Shown in pieces: positions 1-14,975 of a stretch of DNA of 64,000 bases (position 1 is the first letter of the stretch; each line of letters starts with the position of its first letter). The DNA comes from the human T2T-CHM13v2.0 reference genome, Homo sapiens. The DNA is taken from the NCBI RefSeq assembly GCF_009914755.1, contig NC_060927.1, one strand, 5' to 3'. The position numbers were made by a program, and so were the translations under genes. The notes beneath the pieces are model-generated. The model had not been told where the DNA came from, searched no databases, and was given only the letters and a program-made list of their open reading frames with translations.

Positions 1-780
1 GATTTTGTTCTATTCTGCTCTTTAGTCCATTTGCTAATTTCACTTTTGATAAATATACTTTAAAAATTTAACATTTCTAATTGTTCTCTTTTCTTGAGTA
101 CACTATCTTCTCAACTCTCTCTGAAGATATCAATTACCTTTTTCTTTTTTTTAAAGTATTCTGTTGTTATGTATCTTTGCAACTTTTCAGGGAGCAGTGT
201 TCTTGTGTCTGCTGTTTTGTTTGCGCTTGTCTTTCATTGTGTTATTTTTCCTGAGCCACGTGGTGACTCTCAATCGCCTGTTTCTTTTTGTATTTGAGAC
301 CCTCTATTCCTCAGCTGATGGAAGCTCTTCTGATTCCCAGTGGTTGTCTACAGTGAATGTGGTGTTTGTCAGGTGAGAGCTATGATGTGTGGGTTTTACC
401 CATAGCTTGCCTTCTGGTAGTTTAAAACTAAGTGTGATACTCTCATCCTTACTGCTTTGCTTTATGAACATGTGCTTTTGCTACCTGTTGCTCAACACAA
501 ATGTGGAAGGAGAGAGATGCCAAGCAGCACATTTACTTCTATACTTCCCATTTCCAATAATTGTCCTGCATCCCTCTTAAGAATCCCTGACAATAGTACC
601 ACAAAGTCTGAGATATCCTTGGGGCCAGCCTCACAGTCCCCATCTGCATGTGGTTGAGCCGTGGTTTCTTTCCCCAACTTTATCTTGTTTTCTATTTTTC
701 ACAGATTTATCCAAATTTCTGATTCACTATTGACAATATTTCTTGTTTAGTCATGCTATTATGGATTTTTGAAATATGAG
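1..780 (-). mobile_element. possible very old L1M 5'/ORF1-region remnant
   Basis: T-rich degenerate sequence resembling antisense ancient L1; no diagnostic motif. Confidence 0.3.
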
Positions 781-1062
781 CTTATTTAAGTATGTAGCTA
801 GTTATATATTCAGAGGAAGTTGAATAGGCTCAGTCAGCAACTTTAATCGTTTCCTTCTCTTTTAGTATTACTGTAATGTTCAGAGATATAAAAGATTGTG
901 GTTACAGATAGTATCCTTTGTCTATCCTTCTTCTTTTAAGGATTCTGGTCTATTTTGACTAATCTTTAATTAAGATTTATTTTAGGACACTAATGGAAAT
1001 ATAGTTCATTATAAAGAATTACTATTGAATTAAACAGAGCTGTTCTCCATTCAAATAAGAGT

Positions 1063-1101
1063 AACTTCTAATTTTCTTAAGAAACTTCTAATTTTCTTAA
1101 G
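1063..1101. repeat. 20-bp tandem duplication
   Basis: aacttctaattttcttaag present twice, period 20. Confidence 0.9.
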
Positions 1102-4100
1102 GATTTCTTCAAATCCTCAAACAATATTTTAGAATGCAGCACAAGCAAATTTAAGAAGCCAAATCTCAGTTTCATTAACAATTGACAAAATACCCACAAT
1201 TACTAGCAATAGGAGAAAAAATATAGGCTATAGTAATTTCTCACCTAATTGACCTAAATTGACCATCTCTTTGATAAGTGATTTTCCTCTTTGGAGTTAA
1301 GCAGTGAAACAGTTTTCCCTTTTATCTCATCCTGATAAAGCAGAGTGACATGCAATTTAGTAGAACCAGTTCTAAGTTACACTGGCACTATGGAAGGCTG
1401 GTGGGCTGGCTCCCGTGATGTTTCTGGTAGCTAGACTTACAGAAGATTAAAATGAACATGGCTCTAAAAATATTGTGCTGATACTTTCAGTTTCTCTAAT
1501 GCTGTATTCAGAAATTCAGTCCATTCTTGGATCCAAATATTTTGTTGAGAGACAAGGTATTTTTGACTTTTTTGTATTAATCTTCAAAAAATCCAGTCCA
1601 GGTGGAAATACTTAAGAAATTAAGCAGGGAAATACAGCAACTTAATCCTTGGGTTTCCTGCCAGAAATAACATACTAATGCAAAGAAAAGATGATTAAGT
1701 AGAAGGAAATGCCTCTGTTAGTGAATGTCCTTAATCAAAGCTATTGGGATTATTAACTGTATTAATTTATCTCACAACTTGATAATTTTTGTTTCTGAGG
1801 TGATGAAGCACACTGTGATTTTCTTAGTTCTATGAGGTATATGAACACAATTAGCTGTATTAGTAGCTTCTTTCTTGACTCAAAACAACTGGCAAATTTC
1901 AAAGAAAGGAAAGTAGGGAAGGGGAAAATAATATTAATAGACCTTGGATGCTGAAGGACCATTCAGTCATTGTCAGGCCAAAGCATCACAGGAGGGACCT
2001 GCACTGGAGGTTATCAGTAGGGATCTGGCCACAGAGAACAGAATCCAGAAGAGAGAGCTTTGGCAGGCCTTACAAATAAAAGGTGGCTCTTTGAAAAATA
2101 GACAAAAAGGAATATACAGTCACTGTGGAGGAATCTGGACTCAAATATTTGATGAATATGATGACGATCCCACATAAAAGGAAACCAAAAAGACTAATTA
2201 GTTCCAAGATGATGGGAGCTGGTCCAATTCCATTCCAAGCTTGCATTTACAAAACAAGCGCAGTCATAAAATTATGACTTCTGCCTTCTACTTCCTTAAA
2301 CCCAAAAAGAGCAGAAAAAGACAATATCACAAAAACTGTTTTATCATACTTTCACTTTCCTGATACATCATTCTTTTTATTCTATGTGTCCTGCAGCTTA
2401 GCTGGGCTGCAAGCAAAGCGTCTAGGAATTAAGACATCCTGGGCTGAAAAATTCAGGTTAAGTTTGAGCTGATTCTCTCCTTCCTCTCTCTCCTTCCTTC
2501 TTCCAAAAGTCTTCCCACTATGTGCTGATCCTCTGTCTTGCTACCAAAGATGTAAAAGAAATAGAGATTAAACAGAGTGAAAGGGAGAGACAGATACCAA
2601 GGGAAGACACAGTGAATGGGAAAGAAGGGGAAGGACAAAGAAGTGGAAAGTTAAGAAAGAGCAAAAAAAAGCAAGAGAAGAGGCAGTTGGTGAGCATAAC
2701 ATTTTGGTCTAATGAAATTAAATATTGGGCAAAAGCTTTAGAGGAAACATATTTATTAAAGAAAGGATAAATAAGTATTTGGTGAAGAGTGGGTAATATA
2801 TATAATGAGAAAATCAGGTAAGATGAGGAGACTACAAAAGGAAAAAGCCTATTTTGAAACATTTTCCAATGTCGATCCCATTTTTGGGTCATTCCCACCT
2901 TTTACTGCAGAATGTACAACATCTCCAAACCATTTTCTTGAGTTTGTATGCCTTGTTCTTGATAAATGTTTGATGAATGAATGGAGCATTAGAAAAAGTT
3001 GATATTCTCTAAATTCAGGTTTAAAATTTAAGCCTCCAAAGTTAATATCTATGTCTTAGTCATATTAGTAGATGAGTGAAGGGATAGAAATGGGGAGAGA
3101 GGGAAGATGTGAAAAGTATCCAGAATGTTTCTGTGTCTACATGCAGATATTGAATCTCTTAGTGTATGAAATCTATGATAATATTAAAATGTTTATGAGT
3201 AACCCAGAGTTAGTTCTACATGCTTCCAAGTATTTCAGAGCTTTGAAATCCATTTGTTCTCTCATCAGTGGAGATAATATCTCCTCCTCATCTCAGAGAT
3301 ACACAAGAGTAGTTTGGAACAGATGAAAACCAATCCCAGCCTAATGATAAGCATGTGAGATGGATTATATCTGTCTTCTATGCTCCAAGATGGTTACTGA
3401 TTAGACATAATCTTTGGAAATGAAAATGAAACGAAGATTTTAATATATATTGAAAAAAAGTAGATGAGCAGATCTCTGCTTGGACAGCAACTGTCTAAGC
3501 AATAAAGATTATAGCCTAACTCAGCAGTTTTTTAAGTGTGTTTTCTCCTTTTTTGGAATGATAATAATCACCAGTGCGATGTTTTTGACTTTTTTCCCTA
3601 GAGTAATGATGTAGTCGCTAATCATCCCATTAACTGAAATTACTTTTAGTATTGGCTGGAAGGTAGCAAGATGCTCAAATGGTTAAAAATAAATATTTTT
3701 TAAAAGAATAAATGAAGAAGAAAGGGGAAAATGTGAACAAGGAGCTGTTTGTAATAAGGAATACAGTAAAAATACATTCTGAGAGCGAGATTTTGAATTT
3801 TCTTCAAGGGAATAATAGATAGTTTTTGTTTTTTTTTTGTCTAAAACACTGCTCTGTTTAGCTTTCTTCATTTTGCCAAAATGCTTTGAGGGGATCACCT
3901 ATTTGTTAGCCTCAGGAATCTTCTGCTTTTCATAGTAACATCCAATAACAGAGCAACGTCTAGACAACATATTATGCACAGAATGTTGAAAGTGAGGAGA
4001 ATCAGTCTTGAGTGTACTCAGGTTAGGAGAGGAAACTGGATTTAGTTGCTAGGATAACAAACCACACAGGCCTCTGAGGGTCAGTGCATTCATGAGTGTG

Positions 4101-4772
4101 TTCATGTGATGCGAGTGGGTTTATGTGCTCAACTTGCACAGGATTAACCACACATCAATTCAGAGTATGACCTGAAGGTAAACATTGACATTGGCTTTTT
4201 TTGAATGTGTGAGATCATTCACTTCATCCATACTACATGTGTTCTGTTTCAAGTTAATTTGGTTTGCTGATGAAAGGTCATTGAAGTCAGAAATATATGT
4301 GCAACACGATTGGAAAGATCTGCTGCTGGATTTCTTTAAGACTAAAAATTACTGGAATGATGAAATTTGTTTCAAGTAACAACACAACTCTCACTTATAT
4401 AGGCCACACAACATCTCACTTATATCCAAGTTGCTTAAATGACACATTCTACTGATCAAGGAATAGTCAATAAGCTAAAGGTAAGGGTTACAAAGTCTTC
4501 TGATCAACCAAAATATTATGGTCTTTGACAAAACAAAAAACTAACAGACAAAAAAACCTTCTTATATAGCATCTATTTATTCTTTAAGTTTACTTTTACC
4601 AGTTTTTTTTTAATCTGGTTTCTTAGATTACAGCAGATCAAAAGTAACCAATTAGAAAGAGAATGGTTTGTTATACTTTAACAGAGTCAAGAAAGATGCC
4701 CATATAGTAAAGGAAATATTACAACTTGGCCTGTATGGTGATTTGAAAAAAAAAAAAACTACTATTAGAGAA

Positions 4773-5637
<865 letters not shown>

Positions 5638-8192
5638 CGAAAATCCTTAAAACAACATTGCTTTGCTTTCCAGGGATATATAGTGTAAAGGCATCTAACT
5701 CTACTCTCTTCAATGGCCTCTAACATGTCAATGTAGAAAAATTGATGACAAAGACCTTAAAAAATAAAAAGACAAGAAAATTTATGTTTTAGAAGGTAGG
5801 AAAGTGTGTAATATAAACATATTACACATTTAGCTATTTAAACAAATGGCTGAAAAAGCATTGGTGCTTATTGGGGTCAGACTCTGTATAAGAAATATGA
5901 CAGATTACCTCTTAATGTTGAGTAAATAAGGATTTGCTACATATATGTATGACTTACTGTGTCTTTATGAAAATATATATCCTGAGGGAGGAGCTGTTTA
6001 CATTAAATATTAAATTCATTCTCTTTACAACAATTTTTCTGCTTTCCAGAGCTAAGAATTTTGGAAATAATCTTTCTGGGTCGTATGCTTGGGAAGGTAA
6101 ATTTGTCTTTAGAGCAGAGCCAATTACACCTTTGTATGTGGGTTTGCAGTTTCTAAAACACAAGCCAGGAAGTTCTATGAGGCAGAAGCCAAACTGGTGA
6201 GAATTTTCTGTATCACATTTCCCTTGACTTCCTTGCTCATATAATTTCTTTTCCAAATATGAAACTCAGTTGCACATTCCAAATTCTTCTCAAGGCAATA
6301 AACAATTGATCTTTGGCCAGTGACAAGGGAACAATGAAGTTAAAGTAATGGGACAAAGATAATGGGAAGAAGGTTGAAAAAGTTTCATGTAGCTATAAAA
6401 TTGTTCAAGAATATAATCACTTTTTGGCTATCCCAGAACACAAAAACCCTTCCTGCCAGTTTGGTCTGGCTCTTTTGTACCTGGCTGGTCCTTTCTGAAA
6501 GGGCAAGATTTCTCTTAAGACATTGGAATGACTCCCTTTATTCCATGATCATATTTGTTAGTATTGCTCTTAGTTTTCCATGTCTAACTTCAAGAACACA
6601 TTTCCAGAAAAATTTGATGAGTTCTCTTTTTTCTTAAATGAAAATATAATTTTTCTGCAAGTATTATGTTGGTCGATAAATAAAATAAAAAATCGATATG
6701 TACTTAAGAAAGAGTTTCATGGCACTATCATTCCCTGGGGTCTCTGGCCTACCTCCTCTACACAGGGCCTATGTGGGAAACACTATTGACAGATTCTCCA
6801 AACAGAGAAGGTGATTAGGTTGGGCAGTTCAAAATTCTTTAAACTGAATAACTAATTGCAGTTATCAAGCATTCTCATAATATATATCTGCTGAAAGGCA
6901 GACGTAACCTGAGCCAGGTTTCTATCTCTTCTAAGTTGTAAGTAATCACATGTATTTCACTATTGGCAATAGTTTATCTTTCATTAAAGGTCACATGTTG
7001 CGCTAATTTATTTGAAGAACCTTAATAGGCTTATTTTTTATTCATTCTGAAAGATCTTTGGTTTTAAGTAGCCACTTTGGTTTCAAGTAGCTTCAAAAGA
7101 TAGACGTGTAAATTGTACCTCCACCTTTGCTCGTGTGTAGCATGCAAAATAATATTGCTTACTTTAACATGCTTAACAAAGAAATATTTTTGACTCAGAC
7201 TTGGTTTGGTGATGATGCTTGATATCCAAATTCCTGCTTATGAAAATTAACTTTTAGCTTTTGAAGTTCTTGAGTGATGAGCACTTCTTGAAGTTATTAC
7301 AATCTTCTGGAATTCTAAGGCTACTTAGGTTATATCTTTCTCCTCAATCCACTAGTGTAATAATGCAGGTGATGATATGAGACCCTAACATGCCTGCCCC
7401 TCAAAGCCTTTGCATCGAAGAGGTGGGGAATCATCTTATAATTTTATAGCTGATTATATTCTCCATGTAATAATCATGAGAGAGGCAGATATGAATGTGA
7501 ATAAGTTGACCTTTTGGCTAGAACCCGTGATATTATAGCATTTTATTTTTTAATCTTTTTCCTATAAAATGACAACTTTCTGTGTTACTCAGACTAAAAT
7601 GTAGATTTTATTCACTGAGTGAAAATAAGACCTAAGAAAGGGAGAACCTAAACTGAACCCCATAAATAATTGCACAGTTAAAATGGACCTCATAAAAGCT
7701 GGCAATATTTTGACATGGTGATAACTATTCATGCATACATCATGTCTCGTGATAACAAAACTAAATTTCAATAAAAACCTTATAATTTAAATACATTCGC
7801 CTTTCCACACACAATGTTACTGAAGTCTTATTGTATTTCATAACTAAGCTCCTAGACATTTCAAAGATGCTCAAGAAGCTTGTGTGTCTGGCCCAAGTCA
7901 AACGTTAGTGGAACCTGATTCATCAATTATTTAGGTATCTTTGAAGGATTCCTCTTGAAAGGAAACATTTTTGTAAACAGATGTTAATAATAGCACAATT
8001 TATTTAAGATGTTTTGGTAAAAACAACAAATAATATGATCCTGGGAATTGACAGGCTTGTATTGAACAGTGTGTTTACTTTGGAAAGCTCACAATGGATA
8101 CACAAGCATTTAACACGACACTTTAGCATGTTTTCAATATTTGTTTATTTTATATTCTAAGCCATTTTACTGACTATCCTAGAAAGGCTTAC

Positions 8193-8366
8193 GTGAAGTT
8201 TTAGCTTTTATTTATTTTCTCCTTTGGGGCAAAGCTTCCTGGTAAAACTAGCTGGAATAATTCTTCAACTAAAAGAAAGGAAGAATGTTGCATTCAAATA
8301 TTATGCCATTCTGTCATCTGTTCCATCATTTCCATTGCTGTTGTTTGAGTTTGTTGTCTATGGCTG
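8193..8366 (-). other. candidate non-coding internal exon
   Basis: Minus strand: ~55-nt polypyrimidine tract (8371-8426), AAG/CAG tandem acceptor, donor CAC|GTAAGC at 8193/8192; stop codons in all three frames. Confidence 0.45.
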
Positions 8367-9929
8367 CTTAAAAGAAAAAGGAAAAAGAAAAAAGAGAGAA
8401 AGAAAAAAAAAGCAAAAAAAAAAAGAGTTTACTGTATGTTTCTGCCTGTAGCCTTAAACAGACATCTGGTTTACATTTTCTGTGTGTTTCAGAATGTTAC
8501 TGGCTCTTGAAAACATGGCAGAAGAAATAAACCTGGAAAAAAAAATTAGAAAGGCTGTTTCAGAATGAGACTAAGGAGGAATAATGAGGCTGCAACAAGA
8601 TCAGAAACTAGAATGACCTACTTCTTTCAAGGAGATAAGAAAGTCTAACTTTCCCCTCCCCAAAGGAACCTATGCATGTAAGCAACATGTTCTTCAGGGG
8701 CAGGGCCCACACATGTGCCATTCTCCTGCATCAGAATGAATCCATCAGGACAAACACCTTCTGTTTTGTCAGCCACTCCTATTCTGGTATGCTATTTTCT
8801 CACTGCCTTCTATAGTTAGCCCTAAGAAGAAGAGAGGACGATCTGGAGAAACCTGAGGCATATATAAGTTTAAGGAAAAACAAAACCAGAAAACGGTGTT
8901 TACTCTTTAAAAAAAATCTTCTTACCTTACTTAACCTCTTTACCTTTCTAATCATCCCCAAATCTAGTTAATGCTGTGATGTTGTGCTATTAGGAAGTAG
9001 TAGAAAAGCATTTCCAATTTAGAAGGCATAGGTCTGGGCGGGAAAAAGTCAGTGGAAAACAGTACTTTTGGAGAAAAAAGTGTGTTGACACTGGGTGAGG
9101 GCTGGAAGAATCAAACCATGACAAGGAGAAAACATGTAGCATCTGCTGTTTCTGAACAAAAATCTCTTTTTGCGAAGGACCTGATAATGCTCTAAATTGC
9201 TTTAATGAGTCATACTATTCATTTATCCCAAATTTTGAGCAGCACGCAACTCAGTAAAATCTCAACACAGGGCTACATTGCTTATTTATTTTCTTTCAAG
9301 AAGTGCTTCTACTCAGCAATGCACTCAAGTTCCCAAAGGTTAGCTATATTTGGCTTAGCATAATCTATATAATTTCAGCGCCACAATTAATGAGCAGTCT
9401 TTTGCAGTCTCCTCCAGGAATTTGAATGTAGACATAATAACTTGTCTGATATTTTTTAAATAATGACTTATTTTGTTCTGTTTCCTGACCTGAAAAACAT
9501 GACTGGTCAAGAAAATAAGTTTTGTCCATCAGAGCTTTAAGTGATTTAGTCTGCCCACTTTGAGCCATAAATTGGTGGAGACAGAGAAATGAAACCGGTC
9601 CCTTTATATGCTGGGGCTCCTAAAATGATTCATTCTGATGAAAAGATCTTGAGTCCAGTAGGTCTGGTTTTCTTTTTTACAAGGCTTATGAATAATGCTT
9701 TAGAAACTGGTTAAGCAGTGCCTTCAGTTCCAGTTTGGACCATGTTATTTTAATTTTCTTTATATCTTTATAAGAACAATAAATACAAACCTTACTTTCA
9801 TTATCTCATTTTGCACTATCAGGATTGTTCATTCTGTATTTGGGAATAGCATCTCTGTTTCCCCCCATATTCTGCCTTCTTCCTCTTCCTTGCTCCAGTT
9901 TCTTCTTATTTTTTGTTACGATGATGACT

Positions 9930-10110
9930 GAAAACCTCGGTTCATATTTCAATTCTACTACTTTCTATGTGTTCTCAGGCAAAGATATGCCTCCATTTCC
10001 TCATCTGTACAAAGGAAATAACAATAGGATCTCTTCTTAAAAGGTTATTATGGGGTTAAAGAATTTGACACACATATAGGACTTAGAATAACGTGTGACC
10101 CATTGTAAAG
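9930..10110 (+). mobile_element. MIR SINE
   Basis: Core-like 'cctccatttcctcatctgtacaaaggaaataacaatagg'. Confidence 0.75.
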
Positions 10111-10389
10111 TTTGGCGGTTATCAGTGGGAATGTGTAGGTGGAAAGTATTCGTGGAGCTTTTAAATGATGGGGTTAAATGAAAGAGCCCTACCAATTTTA
10201 TTTTTACAATACCAAAATTTTATTCATGGGAAGAGATTTTTAGGTGCTCTTATTGAGCTACTCAAGGCTTCTTTTGTGGAAGTACAGAATACAAGATGCT
10301 TTGGCCAAGGAAAATCCACCAGTAGCCAAATAAACAGTGTGCAATAACAATAAAAGGGGAAGTGGTGTGCTCATGAGTTGAAGACCAGC

Positions 10390-10880
10390 CAGTAATTTAG
10401 TACAATCTTTCTTGAGGCCAATTTGGCAAAATGTCTCAAAAGACTTCAAATTTGCATGCTTTTTGACATAGTAATTTCACCTTCGGGTATTTTTCCCGAG
10501 GACATAACTAAGGATGTGGGAAAGACTGTGCTCCAAGAATACTCACTAGAGCACTCTTTGAAAAAATAAAATTTGGGAATTACCTAACACTCAGTTGGTT
10601 GTGCTTTCAAACAACGAACCACTGTGCTGGGGGAAAACAAGCATATTTTTTAACATGGAAACATGATCATAATATCTTAGTAAATAACTACAACTTCAAA
10701 TACATAACAGTTTAGTCTCATGTAGTATGATGGAGAGGGGAGTTTAAGGGATTGATTATTCCCCCAGTTGTTAGAGTGGTCCTCTTTGGGTGGGTAGAAT
10801 TGGGTATGGTTTTAATTTTTTTCAATAATAGGTATTCATTATTTAATTATTTTTCCAATAATAGACAGATATTGTTTTTT
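10390..10880 (+). mobile_element. ancient L1ME 3' fragment
   Basis: 'ggccaatttggcaaaatgtctcaaa...tttgacatagtaatttcac' resembles an L1ME 3' end. Confidence 0.6.
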
Positions 10881-11837
10881 CAGTTTTAACTGAGCTGTCA
10901 AATGTAAAGTGAAATGCTCAAAGAGATTTAATCTGACATTTGATTTTTAAAAGTTCTAAGAAACACTCTCTCTGAGTACACATTGTACGCATGTATTGGC
11001 TTTCAGAGACCTAAGTTTCATCCTTCGTTCTACAACTGACTGTTGAACAAAATTTTATTATAAAATTACAAGCAGTTCAATTCTTTGTTTTCTTAGCTGT
11101 GAGATAGCTAGAGTGATGATAAAGCCATAAGGCTGTATGGATCACATAAAATCATGGATTTGAAAGTAATTTGAAGATTGTAGAAGTATCGTTTGAAACT
11201 AATTAATCTGGAAGAGCAATTAACTCTGCTGAAGAGAGGGATAAATTATTATTGAACAGACAAAATAATGTGATTCCTTTGCAGTTCATCTTCTGCAGGA
11301 CTATCACTTCCCAGGATTCTTCACAGAATACCTGATCAGTGCTTGAAATAGGTACTGAAGTGTCCAATTATTTAATAAACTGTTAACTGTTGGCTAACAG
11401 TAAAGTCAATGTTTAGTTTTTTTAAAATACAAAAATAATCAGGGCAAGGAAAAAGTCAAGAATTCTCTAAGTATAGGTTTAGCAACTTACTCATATACTA
11501 TTGAAAAAAATATGTCATAAGAGAAAACTCTTATCAGTGAAACCTCCTACATGCCTTGACATGGAGCTGTAATTACATTATGAAAGATAACTGGCTAACT
11601 TCAGGGCAAACCCTCTGCCAGAATTAAAGATGATATAATAGATGCTTTATTAAAAAACTAAAATATAATTATTTTTTGCATTAAGAATAAGTGAAAATGT
11701 AGCTTAATAATAACAGCTAAAATATATTTACTACTTGCTTCTCAGTACTTCTATTTTCAAGTAAATTCTTCTATTCCCAAGTAAATTCTTCTATGTAACA
11801 AGAATTATGCCAAGTAACTTGCTTGTGTTATCTTAAT

Positions 11838-12025
11838 CAGTGGTTCTCAAAGTCTGTTTTTTAGACCAGCAGCATCAGCATCACCTGGGAAACTGATAAA
11901 GACACAAATCCTAGGGCCCACCCACAGCCCTCCTGCATCAGAAACTCTAGAGGTGGGACCCAGTAATCAGTGGTTCAACTATCCCTTCAGGAAATCCTTA
12001 TGTGTGCTCAGTTTGAAAACCACTG
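11838..12025 (+). mobile_element. MER5A (hAT-Charlie MITE) inserted into a minus-strand MIR
   Basis: TIRs cagtggttctcaaa / tttgaaaaccactg; 8-bp TSD atcttaat/atctaaat; MIR-like sequence on both sides. Confidence 0.92.
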
Positions 12026-12369
12026 ATCTAAATTAATCCTCATTATAATCTAATAAGGCTATTGTTACGATCCCTATTTGATGAAATTAAAGCTTATAGA
12101 GAAACTACCTCCACACAGTCCTAAGCTTAAACCATTTCTATTAGCACCAAAAGTTCAATACCCTCTACCCTTCCTTTAATTTGACACCTTTTTAAAACAT
12201 CGGTTTTCCCTGGGCATGATAGGGATTGCGAAGGGGAAACTTGAGCTACCCATAGAGATCACCAAAATGGTGGCCATAGGTCATCTACTAGTGTTGCCAG
12301 AAGCAGATATCAAAAATATTGTTAAATATTTAAAGGTTTGATTTTATTTGGGGGGAAGGGCAGATTAGA

Positions 12370-12674
12370 TTTTTTTTTTTTTTTTTTTTTTTTTGAGATG
12401 GAGTCTCACTCTGTCACCCAGGCTGAACTGCACTGGCACGATCTCAGCTCACTGCAACCTCTGCCTCCTGGGTTCAAACGATTGTCCTGCGTCAGCCTCC
12501 TGAGTAGCTGCGATTACAGACATGTGCCACCACACCTGGCTAATTTTTGCATTTTTGGTAGAGATGAGGTTTCACCATGTTGGTCAGGCTGGTCTCGAAC
12601 TCATGACCTCGTGATCTGCGTGCTTTGGCCTCCCAACGTGCTGGGATTACAGGTTTGAGCCACCGTGCCTGGCC
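12370..12674 (-). mobile_element. AluS (AluSg-like)
   Basis: Poly-T then full dimeric antisense Alu ending ggcc; 'tgacctcgtgatc' short variant. Confidence 0.95.
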
Positions 12675-13199
12675 CAATATTTTTATTTGAAAAAGGCTTC
12701 ATTGAGGAGGCTATATTCATTTCATGATGGGTGTCTTTCAGTTATTAGAAATGTAAAAAGCTTGAAATCGAATGGAAAAAAATCCTTTATCTTTTAGAAT
12801 TAAAAAAAATCAGTTTCTCATCTCTCTCATGGTCCTTTTTACAAAGAACAACTCAGAATGCCTTTGGTATTTCTTGTGGCCCACCTAATAGCCATTTTTT
12901 TTCTTTCTCTTTCTTAACACAGCTTTGCTTTTATTCAGTTACTTTCTCTGTGCGGGCAGCTGTTTGAGGTATCACAAGCCTTAATTCCAGAGGTTAATCA
13001 TGATTGATACAGCACTAACTATGGCCTAGGGTCACCTGGGGAACTCAGGCACATCTAGAACCCAAGCCCCATGCTATTTTAACTAAATTAGAATCTTTGG
13101 TGATTGGCACCCTAGTCAGGATTGAGCAGTCAGGATTGGCTGTACCAGTCATGGGGCCTCTTCCCTTACCAGTACTGTGGGTGTACTTGTGCTACAATG

Positions 13200-13548
13200 C
13201 CAGCAATGAGACATTAAGGCATATGTGGTAGAGGGCTTGTTGAATGATTTTTCTCAGTGACATTTCTTAAAAAGAAGTCCATAAGGAGAAATAGTTTGCT
13301 TCCTTAGGATGATATTACATTTGCATGTGGTACCTGCAATTGTCACAGTTGTCTTGAAACCATGAAGATGAGTTGATGTGCTATGGATGGCTTAGATGAA
13401 GGTTAAGAGTCTGCATTCTTGATGCTGTTGGCCTAGAACCACTTTATCTTCAGATTTATTTTAATGTGTAATAGTTAATACCCTTTGATTTTAAGGTATT
13501 TTCAATTTTGCTTTCTGTTACTTGCAGCCAGAAACATGCTCAACTCAC
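13200..13548 (+). mobile_element. old MaLR LTR (MLT1J/K/L-like)
   Basis: 3' end 'ttctgttacttgcagccagaaacatgct' typical of MLT1. Confidence 0.6.
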
Positions 13549-13646
13549 CTGCCCTTCAAGTGTATACTAATGGTACCAATTCTGGTTTACTATATGGTTT
13601 TATTCAAAGCCTGGGCTGAGGCAACTGATGTTAGAAAGCAATTAGT

Positions 13647-13990
<344 letters not shown>

Positions 13991-14007
13991 GCAAGCAAGC
14001 AATTAGG

Positions 14008-14245
14008 GCAGTTCTCAATTCAGGAGATGGGTGGCGATGGGGTAAATGTATAGTTAGAATCACCTAGGTAGATATTACAAACACACAAATATCCTATCTC
14101 AGCGCTTTGGGAAGGGAAGTATATTGGAATCATGAGGTTTGAGAATTGTAGACAAAAGGAGAACTGAGGAAATGTATTTTGAAAAAGCTCCCTAGGTGAT
14201 TTAGATATATCTCCATAGATTCGCCATTCACTGAGAAATACTAAT
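14008..14245. mobile_element. MER5B/Charlie-like MITE remnant
   Basis: 'gttctcaa...agaatcacctagg...tatttgaaaaagctccctaggtgatt' (approximate). Confidence 0.55.
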
Positions 14246-14872
14246 TTAAGAAGTCAAAATGTAATTTAAACTCCAAATTTCAACTCTTTATTAAGCTAGA
14301 ACACAAGAAATATCTCGTATATGTTATAGCCTAGGAATAACTATATTGTGTTAAACTGACTTTTCCTTCTGTCAGTCTCCTTTACAGAACCGTGTAAAGG
14401 TTATCTTCAATGTGAATATTATCTTCGATATTCACAAATTTGTATGTACTTGGATATAAAGACATACTTTGCATAGCTTTCTCCCTCCTAAAATTTCTGG
14501 GATTTTTTGGAAGACTCAAAAATACCTTTACAAGTTCAGTACTCCTGTTGTTTGCTGTGGCACCCAGCAAGCCAGGTCTCCATCGCCAATGCCCTGATAG
14601 CAGGGTTGTCACCATTGCTGGGCTGGAGCTCAGTTCCAACTAACTAAGTTACTTCTGGTTCTACTAGAGTGTCACTGTGGCCCACTGCTATTCTTAATCT
14701 TTATAATACTGTTGCAGCTCCCCTAGCTTTCACAAATGTAGAGAAGAAGTTTCTGCTCTTTGTTATACTGTTAGGATTTGCCATATCTGAGTGTTTTGGT
14801 CACAAAATGCAGAATTCAGTGAAAGAGTCCTTTCAGCTCATATGTATAACACTTCCTTTTGTGTGTCCCTAG

Positions 14873-14975
14873 AGTTGTTGGCTGAGGACAGATTCTCATG
14901 GCCGGAAACCACCACTTCCCTTGGACATGCATGCGTTGGCTGGGTACTGGGAGCCATAATTCGTTTCCTCTTAGA
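14873..14975 (+). other. candidate non-coding internal exon (103 nt)
   Basis: Acceptor cttccttttgtgtgtccctag| and donor AGA|GTAAGT in unique, locally GC-richer sequence. Confidence 0.45.

Noticed and set aside
2453-2898. Lys/Glu-rich and Phe-rich ORFs
   Set aside because: Artefact of a purine-rich stretch.
11749-11795. Short tandem duplications (also near 13124, 20869, 36594, 57166)
   Set aside because: Ordinary slippage products with no shared motif.
12338-12658. 106-aa ORF
   Set aside because: Antisense Alu translation.
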